The notes beneath the pieces are model-generated. The model saw only the letters and a program-made list of their open reading frames with translations, ran no database searches and was not told the origin of the DNA. The position numbers and the translations under genes are program-made. DNA of 61,564 nt, filler included. It is 3 parts of 3 records of this genome, joined end to end, with 100 filler letters (N's around TTAATTAATTAA, not from the genome) between each part and the next. Parts side by side here need not be neighbours in the genome. Positions count along the whole stretch, not along the records: positions 27,214 to 52,832 come from DRR723986_9977; 2 more parts are not named here. One strand, written 5' to 3'. This document shows positions 36,200 through 45,105 of this stretch, piece by piece (position 1 is the first letter of the stretch; each line of letters starts with the position of its first letter).

Positions 36200-37624
36200 T
36201 TAATTATCAATTCTCACTAATTCAGGTTGCAATTTGCTTAATTCTACCTCTGCTACTTTTTCATCCTCTGTGCTGAATCGAATGGCTAAAGCAACCATGC
36301 CTGATACCACGATCAATCCTCCTATTACCAAGTATCCTGCTGATACAGCACTTGCTGCTGCGGCAGATTGAGCGGCTGCGGCTGCCTCAGCTCCTAATGC
36401 CTCGCTTGCAATTAGAGCAGTTTTCTCAGCGACTGCAGATTTAGAGCTCAGGAAAAGTGCCGCTACAAAAGCTCCAAAATTCCCGCCTGCTCCTACGATT
36501 CCAGAGATAGAACCGATTGCTTTCCTATTCACAAATGGGACAACTGAGAATGTGGCCCCCTCCGCCATTTGTACAGCTAGGCTAAATGCAATTAACAAAG
36601 CAAATCCTATGAAAAGTCCTGTGGCCAGAGAGAACAAACTAAGCATTAATCCCTCTACAATTAAAATTGCTGCCAAAAACCAAACTCTTCCTTTCAATCC
36701 TCTCAATTTTCCAAATTTGTCGCCAAAGTATCCTCCAAGTGTACGTGCAAAAATGTTCATCAGCGCGAAGGAAAGTACGATATTACCCGCAGTGATTCGC
36801 TCCAGTTGGAAGGTGTTCTGCAAGTAATCGTCCATGGTTCCATATACGGTTAGTTCTATACCAAAACATGCTGCGTATACAACGAATAGCAACCATACAC
36901 GGTAGTCTTTAATGGCTTCGCCAAATCCCACTTTGTCCTTTTTGGTGGAAGGAACTTTCATTCCTCGTGCTTCCAATTCTTTGAAATTACCTTCAGGAGT
37001 GTCTTTTGTGAAGAAATAGTAAACTAGGCCCATGGAAAAGCAAACAATTCCTGCAATCACCATGGCGTAACGCCAGGCATCTGCCTCTGCTACCCCAGCA
37101 CCAATTACTATGGCTGCGATGATCGGCATTCCAAGTCTATTTGCTCCGCCTCCAAGATTTCCCCAGCCTGCAGAAGTTGCATTGGCGGTTCCCACCACAT
37201 TGGAGGCAAACATTAGAGATGTGTGGACCTGAGTGATGACAAAAGAAGCACCAATAAATCCTGTCAACAGTCTACAAATCATAAACTGCATCGGTGTCGT
37301 TACCAGTCCGCTCAAAACAACAGGAATGGATCCCAAAATCAAAAGCCAGGTGTAGCAAAGTCTTGGACCGTATTTGTCACAAAGTTTCCCGATGAGAAGT
37401 CTGGCGAAAACTGTTCCCGCTACTGCTAATACTGTCGCGTTCCATTTTTGGGCAGGAGTAAGGCCAAGATCCTTGACCACGTCAGGCATGAAAGGCACTA
37501 TACCGAACCATGCGAAAAAGCAGATGAAAAACGCGATTGATGTAATCCAGAATGTACGGATAGGCACGGCTTTAATGTCTAGTAGATTTAACCGTGTCGC
37601 TTTGTGTGTAAGTAGTGGTTCCAT
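36200..37624 (-). CDS. Nitrate/nitrite MFS transporter (NarK/NRT2 family)
   Basis: Nitrate signature 'ATSAGWGNLGGG', 'FARTLGGYFGD', 'GIVGAGGNFG'; about 12 TM segments. Confidence 0.9.
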   Translation of the reverse strand: MEPLLTHKATRLNLLDIKAVPIRTFWITSIAFFICFFAWFGIVPFMPDVVKDLGLTPAQKWNATVLAVAGTVFARLLIGKLCDKYGPRLCYTWLLILGSIPVVLSGLVTTPMQFMICRLLTGFIGASFVITQVHTSLMFASNVVGTANATSAGWGNLGGGANRLGMPIIAAIVIGAGVAEADAWRYAMVIAGIVCFSMGLVYYFFTKDTPEGNFKELEARGMKVPSTKKDKVGFGEAIKDYRVWLLFVVYAACFGIELTVYGTMDDYLQNTFQLERITAGNIVLSFALMNIFARTLGGYFGDKFGKLRGLKGRVWFLAAILIVEGLMLSLFSLATGLFIGFALLIAFSLAVQMAEGATFSVVPFVNRKAIGSISGIVGAGGNFGAFVAALFLSSKSAVAEKTALIASEALGAEAAAAAQSAAAASAVSAGYLVIGGLIVVSGMVALAIRFSTEDEKVAEVELSKLQPELVRIDN

Positions 37625-37645
37625 AATACTTATATTTAACTGAGT

Positions 37646-37687
37646 TAAAAGTAAGTATAAATACGTAATTAATAAAAAAAATACGTA
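37646..37687 (-). promoter_or_regulatory. Promoter/operator of the nitrate transporter
   Basis: TACTTTTA (-7 variant, 37646-37653) overlaps TAAGTA-TAAA-TACGTA (37652-37667); extra TACGTA at 37682. Confidence 0.7.
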
Positions 37688-37700
37688 ATTAATTTAGAAT

Positions 37701-37739
37701 AAAAATAAAAAATCCACTTAGAATTGCTCTGAGTGGATT
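37701..37739 (-). terminator. Intrinsic terminator after the response regulator
   Basis: AATCCACTTAGA...TCTGAGTGGATT stem plus an A-run. Confidence 0.65.
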
Positions 37740-37781
37740 GCTGACTAAGTATAAAATTGAATATATTTTTCTGGATTCCTT

Positions 37782-37823
37782 TTTTAACCGCGAAGGACAC
37801 GGAGTTTTTCGCAGAGAGCGCAG
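37782..37823 (+). repeat. Intergenic repeat (AACCGC...CGCAGAG type)
   Basis: TTTTAACCGCGAAGGACACGGAGTTTTTCGCAGAGAGCGCAG; inverted relative at 44408-44441. Confidence 0.55.
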
Positions 37824-37926
37824 TATTAATTTATTTTTCTTATCCCACCAAACAAAGGCTTTATAGTTCTGAGACTGCGACTGATCACTAATCTCTATAG
37901 TTCCCATCCCGACTTAATAAGTACTG

Positions 37927-38589
37927 CTAGATCAAATTCAATTCTCTGGATTTGGTAGTGAGTTCTACCAGATTCTTCACGTTCATTTTCTTCATCAGGT
38001 TAAAGCGGTGAACCTCTGCCGTTCTTTTGCTGATTTCCAGCGCATCGGCGATTTCATTGTTTCCTTTTCCTTCCAGAATGAGTTCTAAGATCTGCTTTTC
38101 TCTGTTTGTCAGATTAGCCAATTCTTCCGGAAGCTCATCGGACTTGGAAGATGCTTTGGGTTTACCGTTGACAAAATTATTGATAATATATGCCGACACA
38201 TCTCCAGCAAAAAATTTCCCGCCATTGGAAATCGTGTGTAAAGCCTTTAAGAACTCACTTTTAGAGGATCCTTTCAGCAAGTACCCATCTGCTCCAGCCT
38301 GAATAGCCTCTACTACATACTCTTCCGAATCGTGCATAGATAGGACAAGCTTTTTGATTTTCGGAAAGGATTTGGTCATTTCCTTTACTACTTCGAGTCC
38401 ATTCATTTTTGGCATGCGAATGTCCACAATAAGTAAATCAGGATGTTGCTCCGCAATCACTTTCAGCGCTTCGACACCGTCGGAAGCCTCGTCGATAACT
38501 TGGAATTCTTGTTCACTTTCAAGGAGTGACTTGATTCCATCCCGTACCAATTCGTGGTCATCCGCTAAAACTATCTTTATTGGGTTCAT
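37927..38589 (-). CDS. NarL/FixJ-family response regulator (REC + LuxR HTH)
   Basis: 'LADDHELVRDG', 'VDIRMP', 'LTNREKQIL...SKRTAEVHRFNLMKK'. Confidence 0.92.
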   Translation of the reverse strand: MNPIKIVLADDHELVRDGIKSLLESEQEFQVIDEASDGVEALKVIAEQHPDLLIVDIRMPKMNGLEVVKEMTKSFPKIKKLVLSMHDSEEYVVEAIQAGADGYLLKGSSKSEFLKALHTISNGGKFFAGDVSAYIINNFVNGKPKASSKSDELPEELANLTNREKQILELILEGKGNNEIADALEISKRTAEVHRFNLMKKMNVKNLVELTTKSRELNLI

Positions 38590-38648
38590 ATGCGCTTAAG
38601 TAAATACGTAGTAAAGTAACAGAATTTACGTATAATAATCTAGAAAAT

Positions 38649-40460
38649 CTAAGTCAAAGGAAGGTTGAGCGTCACTTTGGTTCCTTCGTTTGGTGAGGAA
38701 TTGATGAATAATCTTCCGTTGATGTATTTCACCCGCTCCTGCATAAAGGTCAGTCCCATTCCGCCTTCTTCGTCAGGTTTGGATTTCAGCTTTGACTTGT
38801 CGAAGCCTTTTCCATTATCATCGACGATGATGCTTAGGATATTTTGACTATGCGAGACCGTCACAATGATATGGGAGGATTCTGCATATTTAATTGCGTT
38901 GTTAATCGCTTCTTGGGTAATTCGATACAGGTTGATTTCAACCAAGGAATCTAATCGCTGGGAGAATTCAGATTTGTTGAAAAGCACAATCTCTTTTCCG
39001 GTGAGCTTTGAGAGCTCCTGAGTCAATTCCGTCAGGGCAGGGACAATTCCGTAATCTTTTAATTCAGGTGGGGTGAGATTGAAAGTAGCAGTTCTTACTC
39101 CTTTGATGATATTGGAAGTCAGCTCTTTTAGCTTAATGATCTTCACCTCGGCTTTCTCGGGATCGGTGGTGTCCACACTTTCCAGTAGGTATTTCAGTCC
39201 GGTGAGCATCTGACCGATCCCATCATGAATATCTTTTGCAATACGATTTTGCTCATTTTCCTGATTTTCGATTATTTGTCGGGAAATGACCTTTTGTTGA
39301 TGCATTTTTTCCTCGAAACTCTCCTTTGTGAGTTGCTCTACCTGATGCATAAATTCCTTACGCTTGGTAATATCCAGGCAAATCAAAATCAGTTCGGATT
39401 TGTCTTCAGCCGAATTGAAAGGAATCATGGAGACGTCAAGCCAGATATCTTCGCCAGTTTGTGAAGTGGTTTTTAACTCTCCTTCCCAACCTGCTTTTTT
39501 GTTTTCGGCGATGATGCGATCTATCGTGAGCTGCTCATTTTCGAGAGGGGAAAGCAAGTCTGAAATCTTCGCATTTATGTTGAATTTTTGTGCTTTGTAC
39601 AATCTGCTGAAGCGCTCACCTATATGGGTGATGTAACCTTCAGGAGTAATCCTTGCGAAAAGCAGAATCTGATCCATAGCTTTGCTCAAAGCCTGTAATT
39701 CCCGTACAGATTTTTCCTTGGATTGACTAAGTATATCCGCGTTTTTGGCCATTTGAATTGCTTTTTCCTCGGCATCCATCAGCTCGTGAATGCTGGCTTT
39801 CATGGCTTTTGCCGAAGGCCAAAAAATTATTAAAAACTCACCAACTAAGACCAGTAGGGTGAAAAGTGTAATGAGTAATTCTACCCGCTTCAAGTTTGAG
39901 ACTTTCTCCTTTGCTTCGTGATCATATTGGTTCACGATCTCATCCATTTTCACCAAAAAGCTTGTTGCATTACTCTCTATGCTTTTCAGCTGATCTGCCA
40001 TGGCTGTGGAGTCTGGTGCTTCGGCAGATTTGAGAAAAATGAAATTTTGTGTAGCCTCAGTGACTTGCTTGAAATAAGGATTAATCTCCTCAAACATTTT
40101 CGTGACCTCGGGACTATTTTCCACGCTGAAATCCTGGGATTCATCCCCGAGTTGCAGGATTTGATGGGCGATTTCCCAGCGAGTCATGGTGTGTTGGATC
40201 GAATCGGTGAGTGGCCCAATGGCTTCAGGAGACGTGGCTGTAGAAAGCAAAAGCACTTCCTTGTTCAGCTTTTGGCTGAGCATACGCTGCCGACCAGCCA
40301 CATTGACCAGACGGCTGTCATTTTCCTGATCATTCAGATGTTTTCTGATAAGAATCTGGCTCGCGATCAGGGAGATGGCTATAGCTCCCAAGGCAATGAT
40401 GTAAAGTCTACGTAGACGATTAAAAGTATCTTGATCCAGGGATCGCGGTGTACCAGTCAT
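38649..40460 (-). CDS. NarX/NarQ-like sensor histidine kinase (periplasmic nitrate-sensing domain, PAS, HisKA_3)
   Basis: P-box-like 'VNVAGRQRMLSQK' after TM1; PAS/PAC 'WEGELKT...IWLDVSMIP'; 'RIAKDIHDGIGQML'; 'DDNGKGF'. Confidence 0.85.
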   Translation of the reverse strand: MTGTPRSLDQDTFNRLRRLYIIALGAIAISLIASQILIRKHLNDQENDSRLVNVAGRQRMLSQKLNKEVLLLSTATSPEAIGPLTDSIQHTMTRWEIAHQILQLGDESQDFSVENSPEVTKMFEEINPYFKQVTEATQNFIFLKSAEAPDSTAMADQLKSIESNATSFLVKMDEIVNQYDHEAKEKVSNLKRVELLITLFTLLVLVGEFLIIFWPSAKAMKASIHELMDAEEKAIQMAKNADILSQSKEKSVRELQALSKAMDQILLFARITPEGYITHIGERFSRLYKAQKFNINAKISDLLSPLENEQLTIDRIIAENKKAGWEGELKTTSQTGEDIWLDVSMIPFNSAEDKSELILICLDITKRKEFMHQVEQLTKESFEEKMHQQKVISRQIIENQENEQNRIAKDIHDGIGQMLTGLKYLLESVDTTDPEKAEVKIIKLKELTSNIIKGVRTATFNLTPPELKDYGIVPALTELTQELSKLTGKEIVLFNKSEFSQRLDSLVEINLYRITQEAINNAIKYAESSHIIVTVSHSQNILSIIVDDNGKGFDKSKLKSKPDEEGGMGLTFMQERVKYINGRLFINSSPNEGTKVTLNLPLT

Positions 40461-40464
40461 TTGA

Positions 40465-41043
40465 TTAGGTAATGGCTTCTTTGACTAATTCTAAACTTGA
40501 GGGTGAAAGAGGTAATTGTAATGCTGCCCGGTGCCCTTTTTCAGACATTTTTGCCCAGGTTTTTTGAAGTATGTCGATGATTTTGGCGGATTCATGCTTG
40601 GCCGCAAATTCTTCAAAATAATATTCCAAAAAGACCAGGCAGATGACGTCTTCCATGGTTTGAGTATCTGGATCTGTTTTCAGTTGCTTCTTTCGGATAA
40701 GAAATTTCGTTCGTTCTATGGTATCTTCATCGTAGCCAGCATCCTGAAGTATCTCCGCAGCCATATCAGCATGCATCTTTTTCAGCTCTTCTCTCCACTT
40801 GAGATATCCTACTCTATCCATTGGGTAGTCTGACCTTGGAATCTTCCATCTTCCGATGTGCTGTGCCCTGACGGCTAGCTGCATAGCTTCTGATGATTCA
40901 GGATCGAATTGATCCAGTTTTTCGGTCATACGAATGGAGTACAACAGCTCTTTTGCAATCTCTTTTCCCGCTACTACTTCTTTGATGGGGTCTTCCGCAT
41001 TGACCTGATCGATCAATGTGATTGCTTTCTGGAATTTGTTCAT
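40465..41043 (-). CDS. DUF4202 family protein
   Basis: 'IDQVNAEDP', 'ELLYSIRM', 'RAQHIGRWKIPRSDYP...GYLKWR', 'EDVICLVFL', 'KTWAKMS'; start moved to ATG 41043. Confidence 0.8.
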   Translation of the reverse strand: MNKFQKAITLIDQVNAEDPIKEVVAGKEIAKELLYSIRMTEKLDQFDPESSEAMQLAVRAQHIGRWKIPRSDYPMDRVGYLKWREELKKMHADMAAEILQDAGYDEDTIERTKFLIRKKQLKTDPDTQTMEDVICLVFLEYYFEEFAAKHESAKIIDILQKTWAKMSEKGHRAALQLPLSPSSLELVKEAIT

Positions 41044-41056
41044 ATGTGAAATTGGA

Positions 41057-41434
41057 TTAATCTGCGAATCCAATATATACATTTCCCTCCTGAATCCTGA
41101 CCGGATAAGTTGCAATACTATATTCTTCTCCGTTGAGATTGCTCCCATTTTCCAGCGAAAAGGTCTTCTTGTGAAGCGGACAGGCCACCTTTGGAATTCC
41201 TTGTGAATCGCCCGTCATTCCACGGCTTAGGACCATTTCCATCTTGTGGGGGCAAAGGTTTTGGCAGGCATACCAAGAGTTGGTTCTCGTAAAATGGTAA
41301 ACGGCAACCTGTTTGGATTTGTATTTCACACAGGCACCGGCATTTGCTGGGAAGTCATCTGTCTGACCTACTTTGATCCAATGAATAGCATGTTCTTCAG
41401 CTACGGATTGATAATTTTTTAATAATTCTTCCAT
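41057..41434 (-). CDS. nirD: Nitrite reductase (NADH) small subunit
   Basis: Rieske-like 'NLCPHK...LSRG...KVACPLHK'; follows nirB. Confidence 0.93.
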   Translation of the reverse strand: MEELLKNYQSVAEEHAIHWIKVGQTDDFPANAGACVKYKSKQVAVYHFTRTNSWYACQNLCPHKMEMVLSRGMTGDSQGIPKVACPLHKKTFSLENGSNLNGEEYSIATYPVRIQEGNVYIGFAD

Positions 41435-41452
41435 GATCTTATTCGTATAGGA

Positions 41453-43963
41453 TTACCAAGGTCTAGGCATTTTTTGATCTCTCATCGGCACGAATACCAA
41501 ACTGTCGTCGGTCTCATCAGAGTTGACAAAGGGCTTAAATCGCTTCATCATTTGTGGATCTTCGATGGCTTCTTTCCATTCGCAGGCATATCGCTGCACC
41601 AGTTCCTCCATTTCTGCTTCCAGTTCCTCGCCGATTCCGAGGCTATCTTCCACCACCACTTTTTTCAAATAGTCAATTCCACCTTCCAGTTTTTCCAACC
41701 AAGGGGCTGTTCTCTGTAGAGGAGCGGCAGTTCTGATGTAATAGACTAGGAATCTATCTAAGTATTTGATGCAGGTTTCGTCATCCAGTTTTTCTGCCAA
41801 AAGGATTGCATGCTTCGGTGTAGCTCCGCCGTTTCCACAGACGAAGAGGTTCCATCCGCCTTCCACTGCGATTACGCCAAAGTCCTTTCCTCTTGCCTCG
41901 GCACATTCTCGAATACAGCCGGATACGCCACCTTTAAGCTTATGCGGGGAACGAAGACCTTTGTAGCGCTCTTCGATTCGGATCGCAAAGCTTACGCTGT
42001 CATGCAGACCATATCGGCACCAAGTCGAGCCAACACAGCTTTTGACTGTTCTAAGTGATTTGCCGTAGGCGTGTCCACTTTCAAAGCCAGCATCAATGAG
42101 TTCTTTCCAAATCATAGGAAGTTCATGAAGCTGAGCTCCAAAAAGATCAATACGCTGACCGCCCGTGATTTTGGTGTAGAGATCGTATTTCTTTGCGACT
42201 TGCCCCAAAACCATCAGTTTCTCAGGAGTAATCTCTCCGCCCGGTACTCGAGGTACTACGGAGTAAGTGCCGTTTCTTTGAATATTGGCAAGAAATCTAT
42301 CGTTGGAATCCTGAATAGGTGCCTGGCGATTGGCTGTTTCCATGTAGATACTGGCGAAAATGGAAGCCAAAACAGGTTTGCAGGTCTCACAACCATGGCC
42401 TTTGCCATGTCGATCCAGTGCTTCGTCAAAATCCATAATGCTTTGAAGCTTCACTAAATCGTACATTTCCTGACGGCTGTATTCGAAGTGCTCACAAATG
42501 GTTTCCTTCACTTCCTGCCCCATGGACTTTAAAGTCTCTTTCACCAAGTCGGTCACCATTGGTTTGCAGCCGCCGCAAGAGCTCGAGGCTTTGGTGCTCT
42601 TCACCACATCTGCGAAAGAACAGCAGGACCCACTCGTGATCGCACCACAAATGGCGCCTTTGGAGACGGCTTCGCAAGAGCAAATTTGTGCTGTATCCGG
42701 TAGATCGAGTACTGAACCCAAAGCACTTTTGCTCTCTCCACCTCTGGAACCCAAGATCAAATCTCCCGGATTCTCAGGAAGCTTCATCGCATTGATGTAA
42801 AGCTGAAAAAGGGTATTGTAATCTGAAGAATCTCCGACCATGATGCCTCCAAAGAGCTTAGAGCCATCCTTGGCGATGTTAATTCTTTTGTAAACTCCTC
42901 GTTGCTTGTTTTCATAGACAATCGCAGTGACCTCCTCATTTTCGATAAAAGGATCCCCAAAAGAAGCTACTTCCGTGCCTACCAGTTTGAGCTGAGTGGA
43001 CATATCGATGGAGGGACTCATGAGCTTTTCTCCTCCGGTGATTTGCTCCACAGCCACCCCAGCCATCTCATAGCCCGGAGCTACTAATCCGTAGATGCCA
43101 TTATTATATAGTGCCACTTCTCCGATAGCATAGATCGCCGGATCGGAGGTTTCCATTTTATTATTTACATAGACTCCGCCGCGTTCGCCAGTTTTCAAGC
43201 CACATTTCACCGCTAATTCATCTCTAGGACGAATCCCGGCGGAAATAATCAGCATGTCTGTTTGAAGTGAGGTTTCGTCCGTAAAATTGATTTTTTCGAT
43301 ACCTGCCTCACCGATGATTTCCTGGGAGTTTTTGCCAAGATGAATTTTCATCCCAAGGCTCTCAATCTTTCTCTGAAGCATATCACTGGCAGCTTTGTCC
43401 AGTTGACGAGGCATCAAGCGGGGAGCAAATTCGACTACGTCTGTCTGCATGCCTAGTTCTTTTGCTGCATTTGCAGCTTCGAGACCTAGCAAACCGCCGC
43501 CAAGGACGGAAGCCTTGAACTTCCCTTCATTCTTCAGTTTCTGAGCGTAATCCTTGATCGCATCAAGATCTTCGATGGTTCTGTAGATAAATACGCCAGG
43601 CTTGTCTACTCCTTTGATGTTCGGAACGAAGCAGGAAGAACCGGTTGCTAAAACCAGGTAGTCATATTCGAAATAATCATGCTTATGGGTAAACACACGC
43701 TTAGATTCATTTTCGATATCAGTGATCATTTCACCTGTTCGAAGTGTGATACCGTTTTCAGCATACCATTCGCGAGTAGCCAAAAGCAGCTTATCCGCAG
43801 AGTCTAGAGAGAAGTATTCACTCAGATGGACACGATCGTATGCCGGTCTGGATTCCTCGCCGAACACGGTAATCTCAAACTCATCGCGAAGTGGGTGAGT
43901 AGCTAGTTTTTCGCAAAACTTATATCCTACCATTCCATTTCCTATGACAATAACTTTCTTCAT
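41453..43963 (-). CDS. nirB: Nitrite reductase (NADH) large subunit
   Basis: 'IGNGMVG', two BFD motifs, siroheme/4Fe-4S ligands 'KSCVGSTWC' and 'SGCIREC'. Confidence 0.96.
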   Translation of the reverse strand: MKKVIVIGNGMVGYKFCEKLATHPLRDEFEITVFGEESRPAYDRVHLSEYFSLDSADKLLLATREWYAENGITLRTGEMITDIENESKRVFTHKHDYFEYDYLVLATGSSCFVPNIKGVDKPGVFIYRTIEDLDAIKDYAQKLKNEGKFKASVLGGGLLGLEAANAAKELGMQTDVVEFAPRLMPRQLDKAASDMLQRKIESLGMKIHLGKNSQEIIGEAGIEKINFTDETSLQTDMLIISAGIRPRDELAVKCGLKTGERGGVYVNNKMETSDPAIYAIGEVALYNNGIYGLVAPGYEMAGVAVEQITGGEKLMSPSIDMSTQLKLVGTEVASFGDPFIENEEVTAIVYENKQRGVYKRINIAKDGSKLFGGIMVGDSSDYNTLFQLYINAMKLPENPGDLILGSRGGESKSALGSVLDLPDTAQICSCEAVSKGAICGAITSGSCCSFADVVKSTKASSSCGGCKPMVTDLVKETLKSMGQEVKETICEHFEYSRQEMYDLVKLQSIMDFDEALDRHGKGHGCETCKPVLASIFASIYMETANRQAPIQDSNDRFLANIQRNGTYSVVPRVPGGEITPEKLMVLGQVAKKYDLYTKITGGQRIDLFGAQLHELPMIWKELIDAGFESGHAYGKSLRTVKSCVGSTWCRYGLHDSVSFAIRIEERYKGLRSPHKLKGGVSGCIRECAEARGKDFGVIAVEGGWNLFVCGNGGATPKHAILLAEKLDDETCIKYLDRFLVYYIRTAAPLQRTAPWLEKLEGGIDYLKKVVVEDSLGIGEELEAEMEELVQRYACEWKEAIEDPQMMKRFKPFVNSDETDDSLVFVPMRDQKMPRPW

Positions 43964-43982
43964 GGCTACGTAATTTAGAGCT

Positions 43983-44047
43983 CAAATATAAGTATAAATA
44001 CGTAATTCAAAAGAAAATATAAAATAAATACTTACTTATAATAAGTA
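43983..44047 (-). promoter_or_regulatory. Promoter/operator of the nirBD operon
   Basis: TATATTTG (-7, 43983-43990) overlaps TAAGTA-TAAA-TACGTA (43989-44004); further TACTTA/TAAGTA half-sites at 44029-44047. Confidence 0.75.
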
Positions 44048-44243
44048 TTGAAATAAGGCCTTGAAAAGCATATATCTGCCTCTATTTAAATTTAGATCAT
44101 GTTTTATTTGTTCAGAATTATCCCGATACGTATTTTTTTCTCTTACAAAGAGGCGATAAATACGTAAGTGGTTTCTTTAGAAAAGTGGGGTGTGATGTAA
44201 ATTCAGGCAGTATGGAATAAAGGGCGTTCCAATTATTTCTTTT

Positions 44244-44332
44244 ATCTCGCTCTTTCAGAGCTTTTTGATTTATATTAATTAAAAATTCCCAGCCCTCCAG
44301 GCTGGGCTATAATATTTGAGGCTTTCAGCCCT
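44244..44332. repeat. Degenerate REP-like palindromic unit
   Basis: GCTCTTTCAGAGC, CCCAGCCCTCCAGGCTGGG and GGCTTTCAGCC hairpins in an AT-rich intergenic region. Confidence 0.45.
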
Positions 44333-44407
44333 ATGCGTATTAATTAATTATTCCGATAATCTGATAGAACCTGATTGGATAATCATATTAAATTACTGCA
44401 TAGTTTC

Positions 44408-44441
44408 CTCTGCGAAACCTCTGCGCTCACTGCGGTTAAAA
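44408..44441 (-). repeat. Intergenic repeat (AACCGC...CGCAGAG type)
   Basis: Minus strand TTTTAACCGCAGTGAGCGCAGAGGTTTCGCAGAG. Confidence 0.55.
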
Positions 44442-44457
44442 AAGATTGACTTTAATC

Positions 44458-44486
44458 AAAAAAAGCACCCCAAGATGAGGTGCTTT
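44458..44486 (-). terminator. Intrinsic terminator after ndk
   Basis: AAAGCACC...GGTGCTTT with an A-run. Confidence 0.75.
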
Positions 44487-44507
44487 CAATTTTATTTTCG
44501 GTAAGAA

Positions 44508-44930
44508 TTAACCTACTCTTTCGATTTGAGAGAAGTAGAATGCTCCTTCGATAGCAGCGTTTTCGTCTGAGTCAGAACCGTGCACTGCATTTGCTTCGAT
44601 CGACTTAGCAAAGATCTTACGGATAGTACCTTCTGCTGCATCAGCAGGATTAGTAGCACCGATCAATTTTCTGAAATCTTCCACTGCATTGTCTTTTTCC
44701 AAGATAGCAGCGATGATAGGTCCAGAAGACATATATGCGCATAGATCAGCGTAGAATGGTCTTTCTGAGTGAACTTCGTAGAATTTACCTGCGATAGCTG
44801 GAGTCAATTGGGTAGCTTTCATGGCTACGATTTTGAAGCCTGCTTCTTCGATCATTTTAAGGATTGCTCCAGAATTGCCTGCAGAGAAAGCGTCAGGCTT
44901 GATCATGGTGAATGTTCTGTTAGTTGCCAT
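44508..44930 (-). CDS. ndk: Nucleoside diphosphate kinase
   Basis: '[10 protein letters not shown]', catalytic 'NAVHGSDS'. Confidence 0.97.
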   Translation of the reverse strand: MATNRTFTMIKPDAFSAGNSGAILKMIEEAGFKIVAMKATQLTPAIAGKFYEVHSERPFYADLCAYMSSGPIIAAILEKDNAVEDFRKLIGATNPADAAEGTIRKIFAKSIEANAVHGSDSDENAAIEGAFYFSQIERVG

Positions 44931-45105
44931 GTTATTGGTATTTCATTGGTTTAAATCGGGCGCAAAAATAGACTTTTTCATTACAATCTCCATAATAACT
45001 TTTGTATTTATCGCTTACCTGCTTCATTATCAGCAGGCTACTATAATTGGGAATTGTCAAAAAATTCCTGACCTTTGCGAGCTACAAGAGCCAAAAAGCA
45101 GCTAA

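Noticed and set aside
40465-41148. 92-bp overlap between the DUF4202 gene and nirD
   Set aside because: The overlap disappears with the ATG at 41043, where the family motif begins
44033-44047. TACTTAT-A-ATAAGTA as a canonical E. coli NarL 7-2-7 site
   Set aside because: The spacing is 7-1-7 and it occurs once; it is better read as half-sites of the local TAMGTA-N4-TACKTA motif
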